Program-made: the position numbers and the translations under genes | Shown: positions 11,213 through 21,134 of the stretch, one piece after another | How the letters are laid out: each line of letters begins with the position of its first letter | Numbering within the stretch: the first letter of the stretch is position 1 | Notes under the pieces: generated by a model | What the model was told of the DNA's origin: nothing | Databases searched by the model: none | What the model saw: only the letters and a program-made list of their open reading frames with translations | Assembly (NCBI GenBank): GCA_035290865.1 | Contig: DATDTM010000012.1 | Location: 11,134 to 75,133, forward strand | Length of the DNA: 64,000 nt | Reading direction: 5' to 3' | Source of the DNA: Candidatus Nanoarchaeia archaeon | GTDB lineage: Archaea; Nanobdellota; Nanobdellia; Woesearchaeales; GW2011-AR9

Positions 11213-11432
11213 CGAAAACTTGCCTGCTCCTGCCTAGGGTCACTAACGTTCTCAAGTTCTCTGACGAGAACTATCCGCGGGCTAAAGCCGGTGGCTTTAC
11301 GGCACTCGCTTACACGGGCAAGTCCCTAAAAAATTGGAAATTTTTGGGGCACAGAAAATCTTTGATTTTCTTGTGTTTCGGAACAGAAATTTAGCGCCCT
11401 AAAAGGTGGGGCTTTATACCCCGCTAAATTTC
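11209..11432. repeat. ~220-bp structured repeat (family 1), copy A
   Basis: About 95% identical to 39986-40188. Several perfect hairpins (GTTCTC..GAGAAC, GAAATTTAGCG..CGCTAAATTTC). Confidence 0.75.
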
Positions 11433-11456
11433 TGTAAAAGAATAAAGAAAATTAAT

Positions 11457-11867
11457 TTATAAAAAATAATAAACCCCGAGACTGACTATCAGCCCAATCA
11501 AAGCTCCCACCAATACCTGTAAAGGAGTATGCCCCATGGCAAAATGAGTTTCAGTCTTCATCTTTAATCGTTTTATGATCAGATTAATCACCGAGCCTTC
11601 CTCACCCGCAGTTCTTCTCACTCCAAAAGCATCCCGAAGCACAATCATCGCTAATACTAAGCTTATGGCAAAGGAAGTATTTAACCCTTCTTCTAGGTAA
11701 ACGCTGCTAGCCAAAGAAATCACAAAAGCAGAATGTGAGCTGGGCATTCCCCCGGTAACCACCAAATCTCTCCAGGATAAAGTTTTATGCTTAAACCAGA
11801 GCCAAATTAATTTAATTGCCTGAGCACCAAATCCTGCAAAAAGCAAGGAAAGAATAATCTTGTTCAT
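11457..11867 (-). CDS. divergent PAP2 family membrane protein (DUF212)
   Basis: GGMPSSHSA motif with hydrophobic profile. Confidence 0.7.
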   Translation of the reverse strand: MNKIILSLLFAGFGAQAIKLIWLWFKHKTLSWRDLVVTGGMPSSHSAFVISLASSVYLEEGLNTSFAISLVLAMIVLRDAFGVRRTAGEEGSVINLIIKRLKMKTETHFAMGHTPLQVLVGALIGLIVSLGVYYFL

Positions 11868-11961
11868 CTTATCATCCCTCTTTTATTATTAAATCATTAT
11901 TAAATTACTATTAACGTAAAATCTTAAGGTTTATATAGTTTACTTTATTTATCCACCTAGA

Positions 11962-12741
11962 ATGAAACAGAAACATCGCGGTTATAGTTATCTGGTTTTA
12001 GTAATACTAATCCTGGCAGTAATTGCAGTAATTTATTACCTACCTGATTTAAAACAATTTTCATCTACAACTTTCATTAGAGAATATCTGGTCGGATTTG
12101 GCTTTATCGGCTATTTAGTTTTTATTCTCTTATTATTCTTAGCTATTGTCTTACCCATACCGGGTACAGTAGTGGTTCTTGCCGGAGGTTATCTCTATGG
12201 GATTTGGCTGGGAAGCTTTCTGGCTTTAATAGGGGTTATTATCGCTTCAATCTTTTCTTTCTGGTTAGTGCGTTATTCTGGCGAACCGTTACTAGAAAAA
12301 TTTGTGGATGCTCATCATATTAAACATTTCCAACACCTTTTCAAAAAACGAGGAGAGAGTTTAGCTTTGATTTCTTATCTCGTCCCCATCTTTCCCAGCG
12401 ATAGTGTTAGTTTTCTGATGGGTTTGACTAAGATTTCATATCACCGGTTCTTGGCCCTGGTCATCATTGGTCATATCCCCAGATTATTGATGGTCAATTA
12501 TATCGGTGAAGATCTCTATTTGGGAATAACCTGGAAAACCGCAATATTATTAGCAATCTCTGGAATCTTAGGAGTAATCGCCCTTTTCAGAGAGCCGATC
12601 AAGAAATTCTTGTTTAAAGAATTGAAAGAGCTGGAAGGTGAGGCAGAAAAGGGAGTAAAAGAAGTTGAGATCGGGGCAGAAGTATTGGAAGAAGATATGG
12701 GAATAAAGAAAAAAAAGAGAAAGAATAAACCTAAAAAGTAA
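11962..12741 (+). CDS. DedA/TVP38 family membrane protein (putative)
   Basis: Multi-pass membrane protein with a Gly-rich re-entrant region; charged C-terminal tail. Confidence 0.45.
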   Translation: MKQKHRGYSYLVLVILILAVIAVIYYLPDLKQFSSTTFIREYLVGFGFIGYLVFILLLFLAIVLPIPGTVVVLAGGYLYGIWLGSFLALIGVIIASIFSFWLVRYSGEPLLEKFVDAHHIKHFQHLFKKRGESLALISYLVPIFPSDSVSFLMGLTKISYHRFLALVIIGHIPRLLMVNYIGEDLYLGITWKTAILLAISGILGVIALFREPIKKFLFKELKELEGEAEKGVKEVEIGAEVLEEDMGIKKKKRKNKPKK

Positions 12742-12801
12742 ATAACTATTGTAGTAAACATTTAAGATAATCTATAGAAGAATTTGGTGGAAATTATTGA
12801 A

Positions 12802-13470
12802 TTATTCAAAGTCCTCTTTAGGCTTAGATTCTACCACTAAACTCCAGGAATCTAATCTTCGATGATCAGATTTAAATGGGTATAAAAAATTGGTGTAGGT
12901 ATGCTCTTGGATATAAAATCCATTTTTACCCAATAACTGGTCTAAATCTTGATAGTTAAGTTTAACCACATGGGGATTTTCAAAACGCAATCTTAGATAG
13001 TTATATAATAGTTGAATAAGGGTACAATCTCCTCGGATACGCTCTTGAGGTATGGCGATGATCAAAGTTCCGTCTCTCTTCATTAATCGCTTTAAACTCA
13101 TTAAGAAAGTATTTCTATCTTTAATGTGTTCCAGTACATGAGATAAGATAATCACATCAAATCTTTCTTGATCAAAAAATTCACTATTAATCTCAAAAAA
13201 AGTAAAAGAAGGATATTTTTTTCTGGCATAATTTAGTGCGTAGGGATTAATATCCGCTCCGCAAAGATCAAAATTCTTTAAAGGGTACTTTTGATGAATA
13301 ATATTAAGGAAATAACCGGAATTGCATCCATAATCTAAAATTCTGACTTTTTCTTTATTATTTAACAAATAATTAATATGGTCTAATTCAGTTTTCCTAT
13401 AATGTAATATCGTCCTAGCCAGAAGTCCGGTTGTCCTCGTAATCAAAGTATAAGATTGGCCATATTTCAT
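12802..13470 (-). CDS. class I SAM-dependent methyltransferase
   Basis: Motif I ILDYGCNSGYF and motif II DVIILSHVLEHI. Confidence 0.7.
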   Translation of the reverse strand: MKYGQSYTLITRTTGLLARTILHYRKTELDHINYLLNNKEKVRILDYGCNSGYFLNIIHQKYPLKNFDLCGADINPYALNYARKKYPSFTFFEINSEFFDQERFDVIILSHVLEHIKDRNTFLMSLKRLMKRDGTLIIAIPQERIRGDCTLIQLLYNYLRLRFENPHVVKLNYQDLDQLLGKNGFYIQEHTYTNFLYPFKSDHRRLDSWSLVVESKPKEDFE

Positions 13471-13673
13471 CTTCTTTCAACCGCTAGAGGTTTTATCTCC
13501 GATAAGCAAGCAAATATGAGTATTATAACTGTGATTTCTGTAACCAAAAATCTTCGATTTAATCCCTTTTTTTTAAACATAAACCCTAAAATTTACTTTG
13601 ATTTTATAAATTTAATGAACTTTATTAAAAAGAACATTCTGGTTAACCGACTATTTAGATTACTAATAAAACA

Positions 13674-14633
13674 TCATAAAAACTTTAACAAGTGCTTAGT
13701 TTTCTGGTGTCCTTTAAGCATCTCTTTCTCCGGTTCCTGGTGATGAGAATGGAAATGGTGCAAGAAATGACTGCCCATTATTTTTTTCTTGAAATAATCC
13801 CATTCCAACAATCCCCGATCTTTCCACATCCGTTCTACTTGCTTAGAAGGAGCTTTCTCTTCTTCACGGATAAATTTTCCTACCGCATGCACTGCATCTT
13901 CCATCAGTTTCTCTTCTTTTCCGATAACCATTGATTTTTTCTTTTTGATCTGATCTAAGAATTCTTCTACTGTCTCTGCTTTACAGATAGTCAAAGCCGT
14001 ACCCAATTCTGCCAGGCAATGGCCATCAGAACCCCCAGTAAAACTTTTACCAATTGACTTAGCCCAGCGGATAGCTTTAGTATTCATCTCTCCAACACAA
14101 CAGCCATTGATCACTTCCACTGCCTGAATCTTTTTTAATAAATCTGCTCTGGGATTGAACTTCTTTATTCCAATCAACCCCGGACCAAAAGGATGAGGAG
14201 CAGTAATCAAGCAATGATATTTGCTAGCCTGGTCAATAATCTCTTCATGATTAAGTTTGATAAACCAAGCACTTTCTTTTACTAATGGTTCCATCACTTG
14301 TTCATAAAATGACTTTAATTCCCTATCTTTATAAAAATGTAAAAGAACATGCGCACCATTATGACAGGTAACCTCTAAACCCGGAATAGTAAAAACCGAG
14401 CCGCAGCTTAATCTCTTGGCCAAATCTGCTCCCCTCCAATGATTATGGTCAGTTACGGCCACACCAATTGAATCTTCTCTACATTTTGTCAATACTGATT
14501 TTATCCCCGCTAAACCATCTATACTGAACCTAGTATGATAATGCATATCTACCGCTTGATAACCCTCTTTTTTAAGCAGAGCGAGCACTGGCCCTTTCAG
14601 AACATCGACCTCTTTAAAGTATACCTGGCTCAT
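13674..14633 (-). CDS. PHP-domain metal-dependent phosphoesterase
   Basis: VDMHYHTRFS...VAVTDHNH histidine clusters of the PHP fold. Confidence 0.7.
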   Translation of the reverse strand: MSQVYFKEVDVLKGPVLALLKKEGYQAVDMHYHTRFSIDGLAGIKSVLTKCREDSIGVAVTDHNHWRGADLAKRLSCGSVFTIPGLEVTCHNGAHVLLHFYKDRELKSFYEQVMEPLVKESAWFIKLNHEEIIDQASKYHCLITAPHPFGPGLIGIKKFNPRADLLKKIQAVEVINGCCVGEMNTKAIRWAKSIGKSFTGGSDGHCLAELGTALTICKAETVEEFLDQIKKKKSMVIGKEEKLMEDAVHAVGKFIREEEKAPSKQVERMWKDRGLLEWDYFKKKIMGSHFLHHFHSHHQEPEKEMLKGHQKTKHLLKFL

Positions 14634-14726
14634 TTATCTTTCACCTTATCTTAAGTAAGAAGAATAAGTTTATAAAGATTATTCATTTAACTTAAAATAT
14701 TAAAAACTAAAAAAAGAGGACTTTCA

Positions 14727-15506
14727 TTGAAGATGAAACCGTTTTTTGAAGGAAAGGTGTTAGATATTGCCCATAGAGGAGCAAGTAGTATCGCTCCTGA
14801 AAACACAAAAGAATCTTTCTTAGAGGCAATTAAAGCCGGAGCAGATGTAATTGAGTTAGATATCCATTTGACTAAAGATAAAAGAGTGGTAGTCATTCAC
14901 GATTTTACGATCAATAGAACTTCAGATGGAAAGGGCAGAGTCTCTGCAATGACCTTAGATGAGTTACGCAAATATGATTTTGGGGTTGGGGTCGAACATC
15001 AGAAAATTCAAACCTTAGCCTCTGCTCTGGCCTCAATCTTTGAACATTCTAACCGTTGCTATATTCTGGTTGAACCTAAGTATAGTATCAAAGGCTATGA
15101 ACAATTAGTAATCGACGAAATCAACCGTTCAAAACATAAAGAAAGAATTTGGGTCCATTCTACCTACAAATCTATTCTGGAAAATATTCGGAAGATAGAT
15201 CCCTCCATCAGATTGGGATACATCCTTGTTTTTTCCTGGTTCCATCGAATTTCTTTTCCCTACTATAAGCGCTGGATAAAAAAATATAATCTCTCTTTTT
15301 TCTCTGTAAGTAATATTTATCCCAATAGTTTTTTTACTCCTGATTTTGTTAAAGAACTGAAGAGATGCGGAGTTGATGTTTATATCTGGACGGTAAATGA
15401 TTTAGTCTCCGCACATTTAGCTTTGGTCAGCGGAGTTAAAGGATTAATTACAAATTATCCAGGCATACTTAAATCTATTTTAAAGAGATACGGGGGGAAA
15501 AAATAA
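14727..15506 (+). CDS. glycerophosphodiester phosphodiesterase
   Basis: IAHRGASS...ENT...IELDIHLTKD GDPD active-site motifs. Confidence 0.75.
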   Translation: MKMKPFFEGKVLDIAHRGASSIAPENTKESFLEAIKAGADVIELDIHLTKDKRVVVIHDFTINRTSDGKGRVSAMTLDELRKYDFGVGVEHQKIQTLASALASIFEHSNRCYILVEPKYSIKGYEQLVIDEINRSKHKERIWVHSTYKSILENIRKIDPSIRLGYILVFSWFHRISFPYYKRWIKKYNLSFFSVSNIYPNSFFTPDFVKELKRCGVDVYIWTVNDLVSAHLALVSGVKGLITNYPGILKSILKRYGGKK

Positions 15507-15569
15507 ATAATCCCCCGAATAGTTTCAAAATAGGGTTGAAAACCATCTTAATCATTATCCTGAGACCAT

Positions 15570-17060
15570 ATGAACCAAAAATTTATTTTAGCCCTTGATC
15601 TAGGAACTACCGGTAATCGTGCAATTATCTTTAATCATAAGCAGCAGATTGTCGCAAAGGCTTATCAAGAATTTAAACAATATTATCCTCAAGAAGGCTG
15701 GGTGGAACACGATCCGATAGAGATTTGGGAAACCACCTTGCAGGTAATAAAAAAAGCTATTTCTGAAGCTAAGATTTCGCCAAAAGATATTCTCGCCGCA
15801 GGTATAACTAACCAGCGGGAAACCACCGTTATTTGGGACAAACATAGCGGAAAACCAGTTTATAATGCTATTGTCTGGCAGTGCCGAAGAACTGCTTCTT
15901 ATTGTGAAAGTCTAGCCAAGAACAAAAAGACTGCTTTACAAATACATCAAAAGACTGGCCTACGTCTAGATGCTTATTTCTCGGCTACAAAAATAAGATG
16001 GATTTTTAAGCATGTAAAAAATTCTTTATCTAAAGCAAAAGCAGGAAAATTATTATTTGGTACCATCGACACCTGGATTCTCTGGAATCTAACCAAAGGG
16101 AAAGTACATGCTACCGATTATTCCAATGCCTCCCGAACCTTGCTGTTTAATATTAAAACGCTAAAATGGGACACCCAATTAATGAATTTATTTAAAGTTC
16201 CCCAAAATATTCTTCCTGAAGTAAAAGAGTCCAGCGGTATTTTCGGGTATATTGATCAGAGTATCCTAAATGCTTCTATTCCTATTGCTGGAATCGCTGG
16301 CGACCAGCAGTGCGCTATGTTTAGCCAAGGATGTTATCAGCCAGGGATCATCAAAAACACCTATGGAACCGGATGTTTTTTATTGATGAATGTAGGTCCA
16401 AAACCAGTTTATTCTAAAAACAAGCTTCTGACCACCATCGCCTGGGGAATAAATCATAAAGTAGAATATGCTTTGGAGGGTAGCGTATTTATGGGTGGTG
16501 CTTCCGTACAATGGCTTAGAGATGGTCTAAAGATTATTAAAAGCGCACGAGATACAGAAAAAATATCAGTAAAAAATAATGGAGGAGTTTATTTTGTCCC
16601 CGCTTTAGTTGGTTTAGGCGCACCCTATTGGGATATGAAAGCACGCGGTACAATTATTGGTTTAACCAGAGGAACAAACCAAGAGCATCTTATTCGAGCA
16701 ACTCTAGAAGCTATTGCTTATCAGTCTAAAGATATGATTAAGGCCATAGAGTTAGATACCGGAACGAAATTACAAACTCTGAAAGTTGATGGGGGTGCCT
16801 GCGCCAATAACCTTCTGATGCAATTTCAGGCAGATATTCTAAATACGAAAGTTCAACGCCCAGAAATAATTGAGACTACGGCTTTAGGTGCTGCTATGCT
16901 GGCGGGATTAGCCCTCGGATTCTGGAAGAATAAAGCAGAGTTGATCCAAAAGAAGGGTATCAACAAAATATTTGTACCCCAGATGAAAAAAGAGGAACAA
17001 AAACAATTATATCATAACTGGAAGAAGGCAGTAGAAAGATCAAAAAATTGGCTGGAATAG
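15570..17060 (+). CDS. glpK: glycerol kinase
   Basis: FGGY-family motifs throughout (LALDLGTTGNRAIIF, GTGCFLLMNVG, DGGACANNLLMQFQADI). Confidence 0.9.
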   Translation: MNQKFILALDLGTTGNRAIIFNHKQQIVAKAYQEFKQYYPQEGWVEHDPIEIWETTLQVIKKAISEAKISPKDILAAGITNQRETTVIWDKHSGKPVYNAIVWQCRRTASYCESLAKNKKTALQIHQKTGLRLDAYFSATKIRWIFKHVKNSLSKAKAGKLLFGTIDTWILWNLTKGKVHATDYSNASRTLLFNIKTLKWDTQLMNLFKVPQNILPEVKESSGIFGYIDQSILNASIPIAGIAGDQQCAMFSQGCYQPGIIKNTYGTGCFLLMNVGPKPVYSKNKLLTTIAWGINHKVEYALEGSVFMGGASVQWLRDGLKIIKSARDTEKISVKNNGGVYFVPALVGLGAPYWDMKARGTIIGLTRGTNQEHLIRATLEAIAYQSKDMIKAIELDTGTKLQTLKVDGGACANNLLMQFQADILNTKVQRPEIIETTALGAAMLAGLALGFWKNKAELIQKKGINKIFVPQMKKEEQKQLYHNWKKAVERSKNWLE

Positions 17061-17109
17061 ATTATCACAGATGATAACTTTTTTATAGTAGTTCTTTTTC
17101 ATCTTAAAG

Positions 17110-18006
17110 ATGTTTACTTTAACTTTTTGGAGAGGACTTTTAAGATTACTCCGCCCCTATTGGTGGGGCAAGACCTTCTTCTTTTTTACTTTCGGAGCAG
17201 TAGCCGCTTTAGGGACTGTCCCTGACCTTTCTCAACTGATCGTAGGTTTGATTCTGATCGGCCCTATTTTTTACGGAGGATTGTATATTTTAAATGATTT
17301 AAGTGATATAAAAGTAGATAAGTTAGATCCAGAAAAGAAAAACAAAACTTTCCCCAGCGGAATGGTTTCGCCCCAAACAGGACTAGCTATAACTATAATC
17401 TTAATTTCATCTGCACTGATATTTAGTTTTAATAATTTTTTCTTCTTTCTCTGTCTTATAGCCATGCTTATAAACCAACTACTTTACAGTTTCCCCCCTT
17501 TTCGTTTAAAAAACCGGGCTTTCTTTGACGTATTGTCTACCGCTGTTCTCTCTTCTAGTTTAAAATTCTTAGCCGGATGGTTTTTTTTTACCGAATCCTC
17601 ATCCATCACCATACTTCCGCTAATCGGGATCTCATTGGTCCAAACCGGATCTTATTTGATGTATAAATGGAAGTATAATCGACCGATTGATTTAGAGTTA
17701 GGTCATCATACCACCGCAGCCTTACTCTCAGAACAAACCATTAAAACTATTTCCAAAATCGCTTTAGCCTGCGGATTAGGAATTTTTGCGTTAATGTCTT
17801 TAATTCCTCTATTCTTCCCCCAATTCCGTTTTTTGGGAGCTCTCCCGCCGTTCTCAATACTTATTATTATCTTTGCCATCTTAGCTACACCTTTCTACTG
17901 GAAAAAATTTACTAACCACCCTGGTGTTTTCAAGATTCAGACTAGAATGTATAATTATTATCTTCTATTTACCTTACTTTTGCTCTTACTTTATTGGCTA
18001 AACTAG
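17110..18006 (+). CDS. UbiA-family prenyltransferase (possible DGGGP synthase)
   Basis: NDLSDIKVDKLD aspartate-rich motif; multi-TM; positioned beside glpK and lipid genes. Confidence 0.65.
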   Translation: MFTLTFWRGLLRLLRPYWWGKTFFFFTFGAVAALGTVPDLSQLIVGLILIGPIFYGGLYILNDLSDIKVDKLDPEKKNKTFPSGMVSPQTGLAITIILISSALIFSFNNFFFFLCLIAMLINQLLYSFPPFRLKNRAFFDVLSTAVLSSSLKFLAGWFFFTESSSITILPLIGISLVQTGSYLMYKWKYNRPIDLELGHHTTAALLSEQTIKTISKIALACGLGIFALMSLIPLFFPQFRFLGALPPFSILIIIFAILATPFYWKKFTNHPGVFKIQTRMYNYYLLFTLLLLLLYWLN

Positions 18007-18574
18007 AAGCTTCTGTCTCATTTTTTCTGTTAAGAAAAGCAATACTAATCGTTTGAACAATTGCCAACCCTACTGCTAAAAATATAAATACCCAGGTAAA
18101 AAATACTACTTTTCCAGTTAATAGTCCCAGAATCATAATCCAGCCAATCCAGGCCGGAACCCAAGGTAAAGTTTTCACCTGATTTTCTTCAACAAAATGA
18201 GCTATATAATTGCCAAAAGCATCCAAAAAAACCGCTAAAATTGCCAGTTTTAGAGAAATAAAATTAGCTAAACCCAGAACGATCCAAATTAACTGCCGGC
18301 ATTGGTCTGCAGTCCGATCAAAGAAATGGCCAAGTTTAGTGGTCTTATTTGTTGCTCTGGCAGTCGAGCCATCAATCGCATCAAAGAATAGATTAATGAT
18401 TAAAGCCAAACCACCATAAAACAAGAATTGGTTATAAATTAAGAAAGCAGCTAAAACTAAAAAAACAAAACCGATCCCTGTAGCTAAATTAGGAGTAAAT
18501 CCTAATCCTGCTGCGATAGTACCTACCTTGAATAAAAAAGGGCTTAGTTTTTTTTTAACTCTATCTAAAAACAT
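17969..18574 (-). CDS. CDP-alcohol phosphatidyltransferase
   Basis: DAIDGSTARATNKTTKLGHFFDRTAD, matching D-G-x2-A-R-x8-G-x3-D-x3-D. Confidence 0.7.
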   Translation of the reverse strand: MFLDRVKKKLSPFLFKVGTIAAGLGFTPNLATGIGFVFLVLAAFLIYNQFLFYGGLALIINLFFDAIDGSTARATNKTTKLGHFFDRTADQCRQLIWIVLGLANFISLKLAILAVFLDAFGNYIAHFVEENQVKTLPWVPAWIGWIMILGLLTGKVVFFTWVFIFLAVGLAIVQTISIAFLNRKNETEASSLANKVRAKVR

Positions 18575-18744
18575 TCTTTCTCACCTTAAATTAGGGTTAA
18601 TAACACCATTTAATATTGTTTCTAAACCGATTAGATTAATCTGTAATTGATATATGATTAATATTTTTACCTTTTCTAGAAAGAAAAGCAGATTAGTTCT
18701 TAAAATCTACTATCTTTAGAAAGATAATTTTAAAGTTAAACCGC

Positions 18745-19578
18745 TTATCTTCTCACCGAACGCATAAACATTCTTATCGGATCCCTTTCCTTAATCCGAG
18801 CATAAACTCCTAGAACCAAAGGATTCTCAGCCGCTTTCTGGATTTCCTCTACTGAACCAACCGCTTCATAAATGGTTGGCTCTGATACTTCTCCGAAGGC
18901 CATTATTCTGGGAACTGTGATCAAGTCATACCCTTGATTTGGAGCAGCTGAGACTGGGATAGCTACCGGTCCTAACTTAGCCGCTAAATGCCTGCTTTTA
19001 GCGTACCTTCCCTCTACCAAATCCAATTTACTTCCAAAGAAAGAATCAAAATATACCTGTTCCGCACCCAAACCAGCTTTAGACAATTCCGCATGAACTT
19101 TAATTACAGCTTCAGCAGAAGTAGGATATTTCAACTCCAGACATAAAATCGGAACCACCCAGCCTTCAGAAGGGAAAAACGAATATCTTTCCAGGATTTC
19201 ACTGAAATAAGCTGCTTTTCCTGCTCTTCTTTTCGCTTCAAAAACTTCTTTGGTTACCTCTCCCAGATTCTGATGGGTAAAGATTAAATTCCCATCCGGA
19301 AGCATAAACAGATCTCCTTCACAGGCAGGTACGATTCTTCTGCCATTAGTATGCTTTCCAAGAAGTAAACCTTCTTCCACTACCGCTTCTAAATTTAGAT
19401 TTGGATTATTTAATGCATCATGCTGGACGATCAGAAAATCTGAATGATCAGCTAAGAAGGGGGTATATCTTTTATGTTTAGTTGGTTCTTTTGTTGGTTC
19501 TTTTTTTCCCTCATCGCATTCTAAAGTCATTCCTATTCCTCCCATTGCAGTTAAAAAGATAAATCTTCTTCGGTTCAT
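18745..19578 (-). CDS. hypothetical exported protein (RRRF Tat-like signal)
   Basis: MNRRRFIFLTAMGGIG N-terminus; no recognisable catalytic motif. Confidence 0.4.
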   Translation of the reverse strand: MNRRRFIFLTAMGGIGMTLECDEGKKEPTKEPTKHKRYTPFLADHSDFLIVQHDALNNPNLNLEAVVEEGLLLGKHTNGRRIVPACEGDLFMLPDGNLIFTHQNLGEVTKEVFEAKRRAGKAAYFSEILERYSFFPSEGWVVPILCLELKYPTSAEAVIKVHAELSKAGLGAEQVYFDSFFGSKLDLVEGRYAKSRHLAAKLGPVAIPVSAAPNQGYDLITVPRIMAFGEVSEPTIYEAVGSVEEIQKAAENPLVLGVYARIKERDPIRMFMRSVRR

Positions 19579-19692
19579 CGGTTAATAACTACCTGACAAA
19601 ATCATCTCAGACCAACTACTTTTTAAATCTTTTGCTACTTTCAAGAGAAGAATAATGTTATAAAAACACTCTTAAATCAAAAGATTCTTCAA

Positions 19693-21069
19693 TCACTTCA
19701 GAATTCCATACCCAATCAGCCTAAACCGATCTCCTACTTTTCTAGAGATGGTAATCCGATCTCCCGGAAAAGCCGCGATAGGTTTTTTTAAAACACAAGT
19801 AGTATTTTTCTTGGAAGGGTCCATTACTACTCCTACCGTAGCTGCAGAATTAACGTTCAACATTAAGACTTCACCTTTCGCCAGGGGTTTAACTTCCACC
19901 TCTTCTTTAGTGCCCACTACCCGTTCCAAAAGATTGGTTACTAAAGAGATTTGGTAATGTACCGGAGGCAGTTTTCCCGGATGACCGACAATTGAACCGG
20001 TAAGTGTATCAGATTTAACGATAGAAGGATCTAAAGTAGTAGAGATGGCCATGCTTCCACCAGGAATAATTTCTTCTACCGGAACTCCACCCGAAAAGAT
20101 CTGGATAACTTTTGTCTGTAAAGGTTTCCATATTTTCTTGTTTTTCTCTTCAGTCATAAAACCTGGAACAATTTCAAGCTCGTCTCCAACTTTAAATTTG
20201 CCTTGTTTAACCGTTCCGCCTAAAACCCCGCCTTTTAATTGTGCTGGTTTAATCCCCGGCTTATTAATATCAAAAGATCTGGCCACTAGCATTAATGGTT
20301 GAGCATTAAGATTCCTTTCTGGAGTGGGAACCTGCTCAGAAATGGTTTTGATCAAAACATCAATATTCGCATTTGCTCTGGCTGAGATTGGAATAATTGG
20401 CGCATCTTTGAAATCTGTATCAGATAAAAACTCTTTAATCTGTTTGTAATTTTCTAAAGCCTCTTCATGAGAAACCAGATCGATTTTGTTCTGAACAATA
20501 ATCACTTTTTTAATTCCACTGATCTGCAAGGCGATCAAATGCTCTTTAGTCTGGGGTTGAGGACATTTCTCGTTGGCAGCTATTAATAATAAAGCCCCAT
20601 CAACAATCGCTGCTCCGCTTAACATGGTGGCCATCAGAGATTCATGTCCCGGAGCATCCACTAAAGATATTTTCTTCAAAGGAATAGTCTTTTCATTGCA
20701 TTTCAGACATTTTTCTTTGGTGGTGTAAAAACCGCATTTTGGGCATTTATAAAAAACTACATCGGCATAACCTAGACGGATGGTAATCCCTCTTTTCAGC
20801 TCTTCAGAATGGGTATCGGTCCATTTTCCGGAGAGTCTTTCCGTCAGGGTAGTTTTACCATGATCAACATGACCAACTAAAGCCAGATTTAATTCTGGCT
20901 GGATAGCTAATTTCTTAACCTTTTCAATAATTTCTATCTTATTTTTTTCAGTTGCTTCAATTTTTGCTCTTTCCAGAAGCTTTTCAGATGGAACGGTCTT
21001 CTCTGCAGCTAATTCCGGTAATTCTTTTGATACTTTAGGTTCAGTTTCCGCAGCTTTTTTCTTAGCCAT
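19693..21069 (-). CDS. eif2g: translation initiation factor aIF-2 gamma subunit
   Basis: GHVDHGKTTL, NKIDL and the Cys4 zinc knuckle CPKCG...CLKC. Confidence 0.9.
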   Translation of the reverse strand: MAKKKAAETEPKVSKELPELAAEKTVPSEKLLERAKIEATEKNKIEIIEKVKKLAIQPELNLALVGHVDHGKTTLTERLSGKWTDTHSEELKRGITIRLGYADVVFYKCPKCGFYTTKEKCLKCNEKTIPLKKISLVDAPGHESLMATMLSGAAIVDGALLLIAANEKCPQPQTKEHLIALQISGIKKVIIVQNKIDLVSHEEALENYKQIKEFLSDTDFKDAPIIPISARANANIDVLIKTISEQVPTPERNLNAQPLMLVARSFDINKPGIKPAQLKGGVLGGTVKQGKFKVGDELEIVPGFMTEEKNKKIWKPLQTKVIQIFSGGVPVEEIIPGGSMAISTTLDPSIVKSDTLTGSIVGHPGKLPPVHYQISLVTNLLERVVGTKEEVEVKPLAKGEVLMLNVNSAATVGVVMDPSKKNTTCVLKKPIAAFPGDRITISRKVGDRFRLIGYGILK

Positions 21070-21134
21070 TATAATTTACTAAAAAAGAAGTGTATTTATA
21101 AAGGTTTAGGGTTTCTTAATCGACTGATGTTTAG

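Noticed and set aside
11255-11275. CUGACGAG within the family-1 repeat resembled a hammerhead ribozyme CUGANGA core
   Set aside because: The motif sits inside a simple GTTCTC-N12-GAGAAC hairpin. No helix II / GAAA / helix III arrangement can be drawn.
11182-11394. 70-aa ORF on + strand
   Set aside because: Lies entirely inside the family-1 repeat and is GC-rich with no coding signal. The equivalent region in copy B is not an ORF.
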